Source: Candidatus Korobacteraceae bacterium
Lineage (GTDB): Bacteria; Acidobacteriota; Terriglobia; Terriglobales; Acidobacteriaceae
Reading direction: 5' to 3'
NCBI GenBank assembly: GCA_049519595.1
Contig: JBEKQP010000001.1
Coordinates: 3,399 to 67,398 of the forward strand
Length of the DNA: 64,000 nucleotides
This document shows, in pieces, positions 54,181 through 63,648 of this stretch; within the stretch, counting starts at the first letter, position 1; every line of letters begins with the position of its first letter. The notes beneath the pieces are model-generated. The model did not search any database and had not been told where the DNA came from. It saw only the letters and a list, made by a program, of their open reading frames with translations. The translations under genes and the position numbers were made by a program.

Positions 54181-55215
54181 TCAGCGCAACAGCTCGTGTG
54201 CAATCAGCATGTATCGCTCTACGGCTTCCAGCAGCTCGCGCTTTTCAAGGTACTCGCGTTCGGTGTGGGCCACCAGAATGTCCCCCGGCCCCAGCAGCAC
54301 CGGTTCACCCCAGTTCGAGAGAGCCGGAATGTCAGTGGTGAACGAGGCGGTCATGGTCGGTATCTTGGGAATGGTGCGGAATCGCATGTAGGGAATATCA
54401 AGCACGAAATCGACCTGCGCGCGCTCGCCAACGGCGGCGACGATCTGCTCGCGAAGAGGTTGCGACGGAGTCACCAGGCGAAACAGCAGCTGTGCCTTGG
54501 CGAAGTCGGCGATCACGTTGGTTGCCCGTCCACCCTCGATGATTCCGATATTCATCGTAGTCGGGCCAATCTCCGAATTGGTGGGCAGGGGCAGGGAACG
54601 AAGCGCTTGCAGCGCATCGAGCAGCTTGTCAATGGCGGATGCACCAAGTTCGGGATAGGCCGAGTGAGCCATCTTGCCGCTGGCGACGACTTCCACGCGC
54701 AACGCGCCCTTAGCGGCGAGCGCAATGCGGTTGCCCGTCGGTTCTCCGTTGACCAGGAAGCGTGAGCCGCGCGCGTTCTGGTTGGCAACCTTGGCCCCAA
54801 GCGAGTCGCGCTCCTCGCCCACCAAAAAAAGCAATCCGACACAGGTGCCCTCATGATGCAGGCGCAGCGCGGCCTCAACCTGGGCGGCAAGAATGCCCTT
54901 GGCGTCGCACGAACCGCGTCCGGAAATGCGCGTCGAATCCTCGCTGGAGGGAATGAAAGGTGGCACGCAGTCGGTGTGCGTTGAAAACACCAGGGCGGGC
55001 GAGGGATCTTCCGGCCAATTGGCAAAGAGGTTGAAACGATTACGCTCGACCGGCATGCGCTCGACCGTCAAGCCCGTGGTGGACAGGTAATCTCCGAGGA
55101 ACTCAACGACCGCAGCTTCGTTGCCGGTAGTGCTTTCGATATCGACCAGTTGCCGGGTCAGAGCGACGGGGTCCATGGGGGAGAGAATACCAGAAGGGAA
55201 TGTTTCGAGTTTCAA
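54181..55215 (-). CDS. M20-family metallopeptidase (ArgE/DapE-like deacylase)
   Basis: FSTHTDCVPP and GRGSCDAKG motifs. Start is either TTG 55215 or ATG 55176. Confidence 0.85.
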   Translation of the reverse strand: MKLETFPSGILSPMDPVALTRQLVDIESTTGNEAAVVEFLGDYLSTTGLTVERMPVERNRFNLFANWPEDPSPALVFSTHTDCVPPFIPSSEDSTRISGRGSCDAKGILAAQVEAALRLHHEGTCVGLLFLVGEERDSLGAKVANQNARGSRFLVNGEPTGNRIALAAKGALRVEVVASGKMAHSAYPELGASAIDKLLDALQALRSLPLPTNSEIGPTTMNIGIIEGGRATNVIADFAKAQLLFRLVTPSQPLREQIVAAVGERAQVDFVLDIPYMRFRTIPKIPTMTASFTTDIPALSNWGEPVLLGPGDILVAHTEREYLEKRELLEAVERYMLIAHELLR

Positions 55216-55229
55216 GTTTCAAGTTTCAA
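55208..55229. repeat. 7-bp tandem repeat (agtttca x3)
   Basis: Read directly. Overlaps the putative TTG start of the M20 gene. Confidence 0.9.
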
Positions 55230-55234
55230 GAAAA

Positions 55235-55272
55235 TACCCCACGTTAGCCAAAAGCGGCGAACGTGGGGCACC
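55235..55272. repeat. REP-A hairpin (reverse orientation)
   Basis: taccccacgttagccaaaagcggcgaacgtggggcacc. Confidence 0.8.
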
Positions 55273-55300
55273 ATCGAACTTACTATTTATACGAACAGCT

Positions 55301-57853
55301 CTAATCGGCAGCACCTTGTTTGGCAGCCTTCTCACTTGTGAGCGTGCCGATCCTCATGCCATAGAACGAGCGGTACACGAAGCTCATGGAGATCAGCAGG
55401 AAGATCGCCGCCAGCACGTGGGTCAGCATCGCGCTATGGGCGGTGAGTGAAACCGCAAGTTCCACTGCCAGCAACCCGAACAGGGTGGTGAACTTGATGA
55501 CCGGGTTCATGGCGACCGAAGAAGTGTCCTTGTAGGGATCGCCTACCGTGTCGCCGACCACACAGGCCGCGTGCAGGTCAGTGCCCTTGGCCTTCAGTTC
55601 CACTTCAACGACCTTTTTCGCGTTATCCCAGGCTCCGCCGGCGTTGGCCATGAAGATGGCTTGGTAGAGTCCGAAAATGGCGATTGAGATCAGGTAGCCG
55701 ATAAAGAAAAACGGCTCGGTGAAGGCGAAAGCAAGGGTTCCGAAGAAGACGGCGAGGAAGATGTTGAACATGCCCTTCTGCGCGTACTTTGTGCAGATTT
55801 CGACCACGTTCTTGCTGTCCGTAACCGAAGCTTTTTCGGAGCCTTCCAACTTGATGTTCGCCTTGATGTACTCCACTGCGCGGTAGGCCCCGGTGCTGAC
55901 CGCCTGAATTGAAGCCCCGGTAAACCAGTAAATCATCGCGCCGCCAGTGATAAGACCCAGAAGGAATGGCGCGTGCAGGAGGGAGAGTTTGTCAATGTTT
56001 TCGGTCAGCCGGTTCGTAAGAGCCATGATGATCGAGAAGATCATCGTGGTGGAACCCACAACGGCGGTACCGATAAGCACGGGTTTAGCTGACGCCTTGA
56101 AGGTGTTGCCGGCGCCATCGTTGGCCTCCAGCAGATCCTTGGCGCGATCAAAGTTGACGTCGAAGCCGAAGTCTCGCTTGATTTCAGCCTTGACGTTGGG
56201 GACTTGCTCGATCAACGAAAGCTCATATACCGATTGGGCATTATCGGTGACCGGGCCGTAGGAATCGACCGCAATCGTGACCGGGCCCATGCCGAGAAAT
56301 CCAAAAGCCACCAGCCCGAAAGCGAACACCGGGGCGGCGATCATCAGGTTCGATAACCCGTACAAGGAAAACTGGTAGGCAATGGACATGAGGACGACCA
56401 TGGAGCCACCCAGCCAGTAGCACGAGAAATTGCCCGCGACCAGACCCGAGAGAATGTTGAGCGAAGCGCCGCCCTCCTCGGAGGAGGTCACGATTTCCTT
56501 GACGTGGCGCGATTCAACCGAGGTGAAGACCTTGACGAATTCGGGGATGACCGCTCCGGCCAAAGTGCCGCAAGAAATAATCGAGGCCAGTTTCCACCAC
56601 AGAGTGTCGTCGCCTCCGAGCGTCGGAACAATCAGGTACGAGGAAATGTAAGTGAGGATAATGGAGACAAACGAAGTGATCCAGACCAGAGAGGTCAAGG
56701 GCGCTTCGAAGTTCATCTCATCGGCGTCGCGGTACTTGGCCCGCGCGATCGCGCCATTCAGGAAGTAAGCTCCCGAGCTGGCAACCAGCATCATGATACG
56801 CATGATGAAGATCCAGACGAGAAGCTGAACTTGTACTGCGGGATTTTTTACTCCGAGCAGGATGAAAGTGATGAGCGCAACGCCGGTCACGCCGTAGGTT
56901 TCAAAGCCGTCGGCACTGGGTCCCACGGAATCGCCCGCATTGTCACCGGTGCAATCTGCGATGACACCCGGATTACGCGCATCGTCTTCCTTGATCTTGA
57001 AGACGATCTTCATCAGGTCAGACCCAATGTCGGCAATCTTGGTAAAAATTCCGCCGGCAATACGTAGAGCTGCCGCGCCAAGCGATTCGCCGATTGCGAA
57101 GCCGATAAAGCAAGGGCCAGCGTAGTCACCGGGAATGAACAGAAGAATGAGGAGCATGATCAACAGCTCGACGCTGATCAGCATCATGCCGATGCTCATT
57201 CCGGCCCGGAGCGGGATGTCATAGATCTCATACGGCTTGCCTTTTAATCCGGCAAACGCCGTACGGGAGTTGGCAAAGGTGTTGACGCGGATTCCAAACC
57301 ACGCCACGCCGTAGCTGCCGGCAATGCCAACCAGGCTGAAGAACAGAATAATGGGAAGCGTCACGCCGACCGGTTTATCCGGTACGGGCGATAGCCAGCC
57401 AAAATACATCGCGATGATCACCGCGATGAACGCCCATAGCACCAGGATGAACTTGCCCTGGGTAATCAGATAAGTTTTGCACGTCTCGTAAATCAGCTCG
57501 GAAATCTCGAGCATGGCGCGATGCACCGGCAGATTCTTGAGCTGCATGTAAATGACAAGCCCAAACAGCAGCCCGAGGAGACAGAAGAGTAGCCCAATCA
57601 TCAGGATGTTGTGGCCACTCATTCCCAGGAAGTTGACACTGGACAGGTCGGGAAGCTTCAAACTCGCTTCACCGCCTTCCCTGCGTTGCGCCATGGCTGA
57701 AGCGGTAGCCAAAAGCAGGACCGAGACAATCGAGCCAAGCCGCTTACCACTGGCGAAAGCAAAAGCTCGATGAAGGATGTTTAACGAACGGAATTGCTGG
57801 GCCGCAATCATCGCACAAGTGGCGATGAGGCTCAGGAAGAGCCAAGTTTGCAT
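55301..57853 (-). CDS. hppA: membrane-bound proton/sodium-translocating pyrophosphatase
   Basis: SELIYETCKTYL, GDNAGDSVGPSADGFETY, DNAKK and GDTVGDPYKDT motifs. Start at ATG 57853 behind GGAGG (the ORF opens at 57973). Confidence 0.95.
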   Translation of the reverse strand: MQTWLFLSLIATCAMIAAQQFRSLNILHRAFAFASGKRLGSIVSVLLLATASAMAQRREGGEASLKLPDLSSVNFLGMSGHNILMIGLLFCLLGLLFGLVIYMQLKNLPVHRAMLEISELIYETCKTYLITQGKFILVLWAFIAVIIAMYFGWLSPVPDKPVGVTLPIILFFSLVGIAGSYGVAWFGIRVNTFANSRTAFAGLKGKPYEIYDIPLRAGMSIGMMLISVELLIMLLILLFIPGDYAGPCFIGFAIGESLGAAALRIAGGIFTKIADIGSDLMKIVFKIKEDDARNPGVIADCTGDNAGDSVGPSADGFETYGVTGVALITFILLGVKNPAVQVQLLVWIFIMRIMMLVASSGAYFLNGAIARAKYRDADEMNFEAPLTSLVWITSFVSIILTYISSYLIVPTLGGDDTLWWKLASIISCGTLAGAVIPEFVKVFTSVESRHVKEIVTSSEEGGASLNILSGLVAGNFSCYWLGGSMVVLMSIAYQFSLYGLSNLMIAAPVFAFGLVAFGFLGMGPVTIAVDSYGPVTDNAQSVYELSLIEQVPNVKAEIKRDFGFDVNFDRAKDLLEANDGAGNTFKASAKPVLIGTAVVGSTTMIFSIIMALTNRLTENIDKLSLLHAPFLLGLITGGAMIYWFTGASIQAVSTGAYRAVEYIKANIKLEGSEKASVTDSKNVVEICTKYAQKGMFNIFLAVFFGTLAFAFTEPFFFIGYLISIAIFGLYQAIFMANAGGAWDNAKKVVEVELKAKGTDLHAACVVGDTVGDPYKDTSSVAMNPVIKFTTLFGLLAVELAVSLTAHSAMLTHVLAAIFLLISMSFVYRSFYGMRIGTLTSEKAAKQGAAD

Positions 57854-58388
57854 GAGTTCCTCCGAAGTTCCAAATTGTCGTGGCGGAGGTTCGGCTGAAT
57901 CAGGAAGCCAAACCGAGCCAACCAATCCGGTCAAACACACAGGCGCACGGCACCGGACAGCGTGCCCGCGCAAATCACCGGAAACCCGGAACGCGCTTCC
58001 ACATCACGAAATGTTGAGCTTGGCCGCGTTGGGACCTGTGCAGCCAGCCTTGCATTTCTCCAGAGCAGCTGCACACGAAGGCGAACCATGCTACCACGCT
58101 GACCGACCTCGGTTCAACGGCGGTAGTCTCTCTGGAATGGGTTCAGGTGCCGGTCTGAAATTCTGCCCCGACACGCGCAAACACACCCGTGCCGGGAGAC
58201 CCAACTATAAAATTCCACTTCCAGACTAATCCTTACGTGGAGCAGATTTCCAGAAGATAATCTTCTACATTCATGCCATTCCGTTCTATTCAGGAAGAGC
58301 AAAGCTCCGTCCCGAATGCGTATTGCACGGAAGTGCCGCATAAACGTGCTTCGCCCACATTGCCGACGCTGCATGACGCCGTGGGTTT

Positions 58389-59720
58389 TTACTTACCCAC
58401 GTAGTGAATGCGCCAGATGGACTTCGAGGCGTCGTCGCTGACGAACAGCGACCCATCTTTAGCGACCGCAACGCCAACGGGGCGTCCCCAGACTTGCCCC
58501 TCGGGCGTTGTGAAGCCGGTCAGGAAATCCTGGTACTCACCCGAGGCTCTACCCGAATGGTGCATGGGAACGCGAATGACTTCATAGCCCGTGCGCGCGC
58601 TTCGGTTCCAGGAGCCATGCTCGGCGGCGAAAATGTCTCCGCGATATTCCTGGGGGAACTGCTGTCCCTCGTAGAACGTCATTTCCAGTGAAGCATCGTG
58701 GGGTTGGATGAGTACGTCGGGAGTGATCACCTTTGACTCCAGCTCCGGATGCTTGCCTTTGTGGCGCGGATCCTGATGTCCCCCCATGTACCACCAGGGC
58801 CAGCCGTAGAAACCGTCTTCGGTGACATGGGTGATGTAGTCAGGGACCAGATTGTCGCCGAGGCGGTCGCGCTCGTTCGTAGAGCACCACAGTTCGCCAG
58901 TGTTGGGATGAATGGCAATACCCACGGCGTTCCGAATACCCGAGGCATATACGCGCGGTGCGGAGCCGTCAGGGTTAAATTCCAGAATGTCAGCGCGATG
59001 ATATTCCGCAGGGTTGCCGTCCGTGTCGTCATCGTTTGAGTGTGAGCCGACGGAGACAAACATCCTGCTGCCATCGTTGGCAAAAGCTATATCGCGAGTC
59101 CAGTGGCCTCCGCCGCGTAAGAGTCCGCCTCCGGGAAGTTCTTTTACCACTGTCTCCGCACTGGCACGTGCCTTCAAATCGCCATTCTGATACGGGAAGC
59201 GTACTACCGAATTAGTGTTCGCCACGTAAACCCATTTCGGGTCCGCGCCAGGTGGATAGAAATTAATCCCGAAAGGTTGGTGAAGTCCTACGGCGAAAAC
59301 TTGTGTCTGCTGCGCGCGGCCATCCGGAGTGACGCCACGGAAGACCTTGATCTTACCGGCACGGCTTTCGGCCAGGAATAGATCGCCATTTGGCGCCGTC
59401 CGTATCAGCCGCGGAAAGTCGAGGCCGCCGGCATAAAGTTCCACTTTGAATCCCGCTGGGGCCTGCGGCCACGCGTTCGGCGGGCGCGTTACGATGTGCG
59501 GACCATTATCAGCCGAATCGGTGGCATAGGGCTCAGGCAGGTCGGAGATGGTGATCTTATGCACTACTCCGGGCTGTTCCGATCGGTAGTCCATAAAGAC
59601 GGAGTTCCGTGCAGTTGGCGCGGCTTTCAAGACCGGTGTTGCCGAGCCGCGAGATTGATAAATCCACGCCAACGCAATAGCGGCTACCAGCACGATAGCG
59701 GTGACGATTCCACGCTTCAT
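58389..59720 (-). CDS. PQQ-dependent sugar (glucose/sorbosone) dehydrogenase family beta-propeller protein
   Basis: N-terminal anchor or signal, then GLDFPRLIRTAPNGDLFLAE and later GWPWWY. Confidence 0.8.
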   Translation of the reverse strand: MKRGIVTAIVLVAAIALAWIYQSRGSATPVLKAAPTARNSVFMDYRSEQPGVVHKITISDLPEPYATDSADNGPHIVTRPPNAWPQAPAGFKVELYAGGLDFPRLIRTAPNGDLFLAESRAGKIKVFRGVTPDGRAQQTQVFAVGLHQPFGINFYPPGADPKWVYVANTNSVVRFPYQNGDLKARASAETVVKELPGGGLLRGGGHWTRDIAFANDGSRMFVSVGSHSNDDDTDGNPAEYHRADILEFNPDGSAPRVYASGIRNAVGIAIHPNTGELWCSTNERDRLGDNLVPDYITHVTEDGFYGWPWWYMGGHQDPRHKGKHPELESKVITPDVLIQPHDASLEMTFYEGQQFPQEYRGDIFAAEHGSWNRSARTGYEVIRVPMHHSGRASGEYQDFLTGFTTPEGQVWGRPVGVAVAKDGSLFVSDDASKSIWRIHYVGK

Positions 59721-59838
59721 TGGTCTACTCCACTGCTCGACTCCATCATGAGACCCCCACAGGGTTTCGATGCGTCATCTGGCTGTTGCAGCAAGGCAGT
59801 TCGCGCTTGAGATCTGCTTTGCTTTCAGCCCGCACAGA

Positions 59839-59870
59839 CAGCAGATCCTTCGTTTCGCTCAGGATGACAC
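59839..59870. repeat. REP-B box (reverse orientation)
   Basis: cagcagatccttcgtttcgctcaggatgacac. Confidence 0.8.
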
Positions 59871-60400
59871 CCTCAGAAGATCGTTTTCAGCAGCCTGACG
59901 AATTCGCTTGCGGGCGAACAGCGCTTAGCGATTCAGAAGAAATTAAGAAAAGAAATTATCGGCATATCGGGTGGCAAATAGCGGCGACATTGTGCCATGA
60001 CAATGGGTTGCCACAGGCAAACATCAATAGTGCGCAACTTAGAAAAAGAAATTTCGCGAAAAGTTTTTGAAAAAGCTTAGGTGGCAATTTTTGTGCCGGA
60101 TAGTTAATCGTTACGTTTTCCTTGCGAAACGCCAGATATTTTTACAACTTGTTTACAAATGCAGAGATAGGCAGAACCCCAATAAACATAGCCGCAACAA
60201 CTACGGATGATTGATAGCAGTGAGAAGAATTTTTTATTGATGGTGACGTCCCGATCGGCATCGTCGCTTGGACCAGCGCATCCAATACGAATGACGATCA
60301 CCTTTGAAAAGATTCGGGGCGGTGTCATGAGGGTCGACCTTGAAAGGCAATTTCAGCTAAAGGAAACCTGGAAAAAGGAAATAGGAGGAACGCTACACCG

Positions 60401-60754
60401 ATGAAGGATTTTCGAATTCTCGCGCTGGTTACATTCTTGGCGCTTGCTCTTACCGTGAGTTTGCAGGCGCAAACCGATACCCAAACCGACACAACGACGA
60501 CTTCGACGCAATCCGCTGAGACGCAGTCGACTGATCAAACTGCTCCGACTGTGGATCAGCAGGCACCGACCGTTTCGCCTGATACGTCGATGGAGGATCA
60601 GAGCACTACATCGAACACCGACACGAATATGAGTTCGGATCCCAACCAGTTCTCGGACCCTGGAGTACAGTCGAACCAACAGGATGACTACAGTCAGAAT
60701 CCGTACTGGATCCAGCGAGACCAGGTCGACATCAACGATTCTGGCGCCAATTAA
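60401..60754 (+). CDS. small secreted acidic T/S/Q/D-rich low-complexity protein
   Basis: AGGAGG RBS at 60384. Signal peptide MKDFRILALVTFLALALTVSLQA. The mature part is largely T, S, Q and D. Confidence 0.6.
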   Translation: MKDFRILALVTFLALALTVSLQAQTDTQTDTTTTSTQSAETQSTDQTAPTVDQQAPTVSPDTSMEDQSTTSNTDTNMSSDPNQFSDPGVQSNQQDDYSQNPYWIQRDQVDINDSGAN

Positions 60755-60781
60755 GCGATTAACAAGTGAAAGTACGCTTTG

Positions 60782-60816
60782 GGGGCAGGCCGCTGAAGGC
60801 CTGCTCCAAATTTTTT
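60782..60816. terminator. hairpin terminator between convergent genes
   Basis: ggggcaggcc-gctgaa-ggcctgctcc forms a 10-bp stem, followed by aaatttttt. Confidence 0.7.
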
Positions 60817-60855
60817 GGGTGCTTTTTTCTTGTCGCTTCGTTCGCTGTGCGGTTC

Positions 60856-61491
60856 TTATCCCGCAACTTGCTTTGACTGGTGAAGGTTGGCGCTGCGAGT
60901 GTACTCCATGCCGCCGGCGATTTGAGCGGACCGTTGCGCACCCCAGATTCGCTCGACCAGCCAGAGCGCAAGATCAATAGAAGAAGTCACGCCTCCGCAA
61001 GTTACTATGTCGCCGTCATCGACGACTCGTGCATCCACAATCTGCGCGCCGGTCGAACGGAGTTCCTGAAGAGCGGAATGGTGAGTCACGGCGGGGCGGT
61101 TCTTCAGCAGTCCAGCAGCGGCCAGGGCCATGGCTCCGGTGCAAACTGCCGCCAGAATCGTGCACCGCGGACGCAAGGCGGCAAGTTTTTGCGGCAGCAG
61201 GCCGCGTTGCACCTCTGCGTACACACTGCGTGGAGAGCGGTCAGCCCATCCGCCTCCGGGGACGACGATCAGGTCGGCTGAATCTTCGATTACTCCGTCC
61301 GCGAGGAAGCGCAAGCCATTCGCGGCTATGACCTGCTCTTGCGGTTCCAGGGTGACAAGGCGAACGTCCACCTCGGTGGAGTCGCCTGCGGAGTTCAATC
61401 GGGCCAATTTAGCAGCGCGACGGAAAACCTCATAAGGCCCGATAAAATCAATTTCGTCGACTCCATCAAAGACAATAATGTGGATCTTCAT
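60856..61491 (-). CDS. DJ-1/PfpI-family protein
   Basis: MKIHIIVFDGVDEIDFIGPYEVF and the nucleophile-elbow region AAVCTGAMALAAAGLL. Confidence 0.88.
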   Translation of the reverse strand: MKIHIIVFDGVDEIDFIGPYEVFRRAAKLARLNSAGDSTEVDVRLVTLEPQEQVIAANGLRFLADGVIEDSADLIVVPGGGWADRSPRSVYAEVQRGLLPQKLAALRPRCTILAAVCTGAMALAAAGLLKNRPAVTHHSALQELRSTGAQIVDARVVDDGDIVTCGGVTSSIDLALWLVERIWGAQRSAQIAGGMEYTRSANLHQSKQVAG

Positions 61492-61674
61492 GTGGCTCTC
61501 CCGAGCATCGAGACTACGGCCAAGATCGATTTAGCACACGCCTGAATACCGCAGGTCTCTGCGGTGCAAAGCAATTCCAAAAGACAGTAACTGTTTAATA
61601 GTATGACTTTCTTCCCGCACGAGTTGATTGTAGGATTACTATTTCACATTGCGCAGCCACTGGAGGTGTTTGTG

Positions 61675-63351
61675 ATGGATGCAGCTCTCATGAGTTCCAT
61701 AGCTGTTGGTTCAGCTCCGCCCAAGCCGGGGCGTTCGGTGATCGCTACTCGATTCGGCATTGTCGCCAGCAGTCAACCCTTGGCATCGATGGCTGGAGTG
61801 CAAATTTTGCAGCGTGGCGGAAACGCCGTCGACGCGGCCATTGGAGCGAACGCAGTGGTTGGCGTGATGGAGCCGACAGGTAATGGCATCGGCGGAGATC
61901 TGTTCGCGATCATCCATGAATCGAAGTCGGGCAAGCTCCACGGGCTGAATTCGAGCGGATGGGCGCCGGAGCGGATGACGCCCGAATTTCTGAAGGCTAA
62001 GGGGATCGAGAAGCTGCCGGTACGCGGCGTGTATAGCGTGACAGTGCCGGGCGTCGTTGCCGGCTGGGCAGCGCTCCGCGAGCGCTTTGGGAGCCTGCCA
62101 TTTTCCACTTTGCTGGCGCCGGCCATTTACTATGCGGACAAGGGGTATCCGGTGAACGAGGTGACCGCCGGGCTATGGAACAATGCGTTGGAGTTGCTGC
62201 AATCGGAGCCAAACGCGACCGCGACGTACCTGATCGACGGCCGCACGCCGAAAGCGGGTGAAGTGTTTCGCAATCCCGATCTGGCGGCGAGTCTCCGCCT
62301 GATCACGAATTACGGCCGCGATGGCTACTACAAAGGGCGCACGGCCGAAGCCATCGTTGCCATCTCGCGCGAAAAGGGCGGGGCCATGGCGATGGAAGAC
62401 CTCGCCGGGTTCGAACCCGAGTGGGTCACTCCGATTGCGACCGATTATCGCGGCTGGACTGTCTATGAGATACCACCTAACACCCAGGGAATTGCCGCGC
62501 TGATGATGCTGAATCTCATGGAACAATTCCCGATGAGCGACTACGGCTTCCACAGCGCACGGGCATTGCACGTGATGATAGAGGCGAAGAAGCTCGCCTA
62601 TGCAGACATGCTGCGCTATACGGGCGATATGCGCATGGCGAAGGTGCCGGTCGAGCAGATGCTGAGCAAGAGGAATGCTGCCGAGCGGGCTGGGCTTATC
62701 GGCGAACGTGCCCTTGCCTCCGTGCAGCCCTCGCGTCTTGCGGGGGTGACCGACGGCAAGGGAAACGACACGATCTACTTGACCGTGATTGACACAGCCG
62801 GCGACATCGTCTCGCTGATTCAGAGCAACTACATGGGCTTCGGTTCCGGGCTGGTTCCGCGTGGGGCGGGCTTCATGCTGCAAAACCGCGGTTCGCTATT
62901 CTCGCTCGACAAAAGCAGTCCAAATCTGCTGGCCGGGCACAAGCGTCCGCTGCACACGATTATTCCCGGCTTTATGCAGAAGGGCGATGTACGCATCGGG
63001 TTCGGCATCATGGGCGGCTGGAACCAAGCGCAGGCGCACGCACAGTTCGTGGCCAACATCGTCGATTACGGCATGAGCCTTCAGCAGGCCCTGGAGGCCG
63101 GTCGTTTTACCAAGTCGACTTTTGAAGGCTGCGACGTGCAGATCGAAGAACTCGTGCCGCAAGCAGTTCGCGACGAGCTTACGCGGATGGGACACGAACT
63201 CGAGGTCAAGCCCGTCCGCACCAATACGTTTGGCTTCGGCCAGGCGGTGATGAGCAACGGCACTGGCGTACATTTTGGCGCGAGCGATCCGCGCCACGAC
63301 GGCGCGGCGATCCCAGAGCCGGGCCCGGTATTCTCCGATGCCAAGCCGTGA
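61675..63351 (+). CDS. ggt: gamma-glutamyltransferase family protein
   Basis: GGNAVDAAI, DTIYLTVIDTAGDIVSLIQSN (autoprocessing Thr region), and GSGLVP...GFMLQNR. Start ATG 61675 or GTG 61672 behind GGAGG (the ORF opens at 61603). Confidence 0.9.
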   Translation: MDAALMSSIAVGSAPPKPGRSVIATRFGIVASSQPLASMAGVQILQRGGNAVDAAIGANAVVGVMEPTGNGIGGDLFAIIHESKSGKLHGLNSSGWAPERMTPEFLKAKGIEKLPVRGVYSVTVPGVVAGWAALRERFGSLPFSTLLAPAIYYADKGYPVNEVTAGLWNNALELLQSEPNATATYLIDGRTPKAGEVFRNPDLAASLRLITNYGRDGYYKGRTAEAIVAISREKGGAMAMEDLAGFEPEWVTPIATDYRGWTVYEIPPNTQGIAALMMLNLMEQFPMSDYGFHSARALHVMIEAKKLAYADMLRYTGDMRMAKVPVEQMLSKRNAAERAGLIGERALASVQPSRLAGVTDGKGNDTIYLTVIDTAGDIVSLIQSNYMGFGSGLVPRGAGFMLQNRGSLFSLDKSSPNLLAGHKRPLHTIIPGFMQKGDVRIGFGIMGGWNQAQAHAQFVANIVDYGMSLQQALEAGRFTKSTFEGCDVQIEELVPQAVRDELTRMGHELEVKPVRTNTFGFGQAVMSNGTGVHFGASDPRHDGAAIPEPGPVFSDAKP

Positions 63352-63648
63352 TCGGCTAGCGAGCTCATTTCATGTTCATCCGCGGGCGATGCGGCGAAAC
63401 ACGCTTGCACCGCCAACCGGCCTAGAAGAGTGTCTTGTTGCACGGACCTGATTGCAGCAGGGCGGTGCAATCGGACCCCCGGCTACCGGATTGGAACTTT
63501 CATTCGCGTGGCATTTCCCGTGCGAGGGTTTCTTTGTTACAATTCTCGGGCCGTTTGCATCCTGAGGTTTTCTTCTCAAACAGCAACCCTGCCTAAGATT
63601 CGCCACTGTCTTCCCAGCGAGAACGGCAGATTCATCAGCGAGGATAAA

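Noticed and set aside
62405-62425. GGGTTCGAACCCGAG, a T-arm-like sequence suggesting a tRNA
   Set aside because: It lies inside the well-supported ggt reading frame. No acceptor, D or anticodon arms can be drawn around it.
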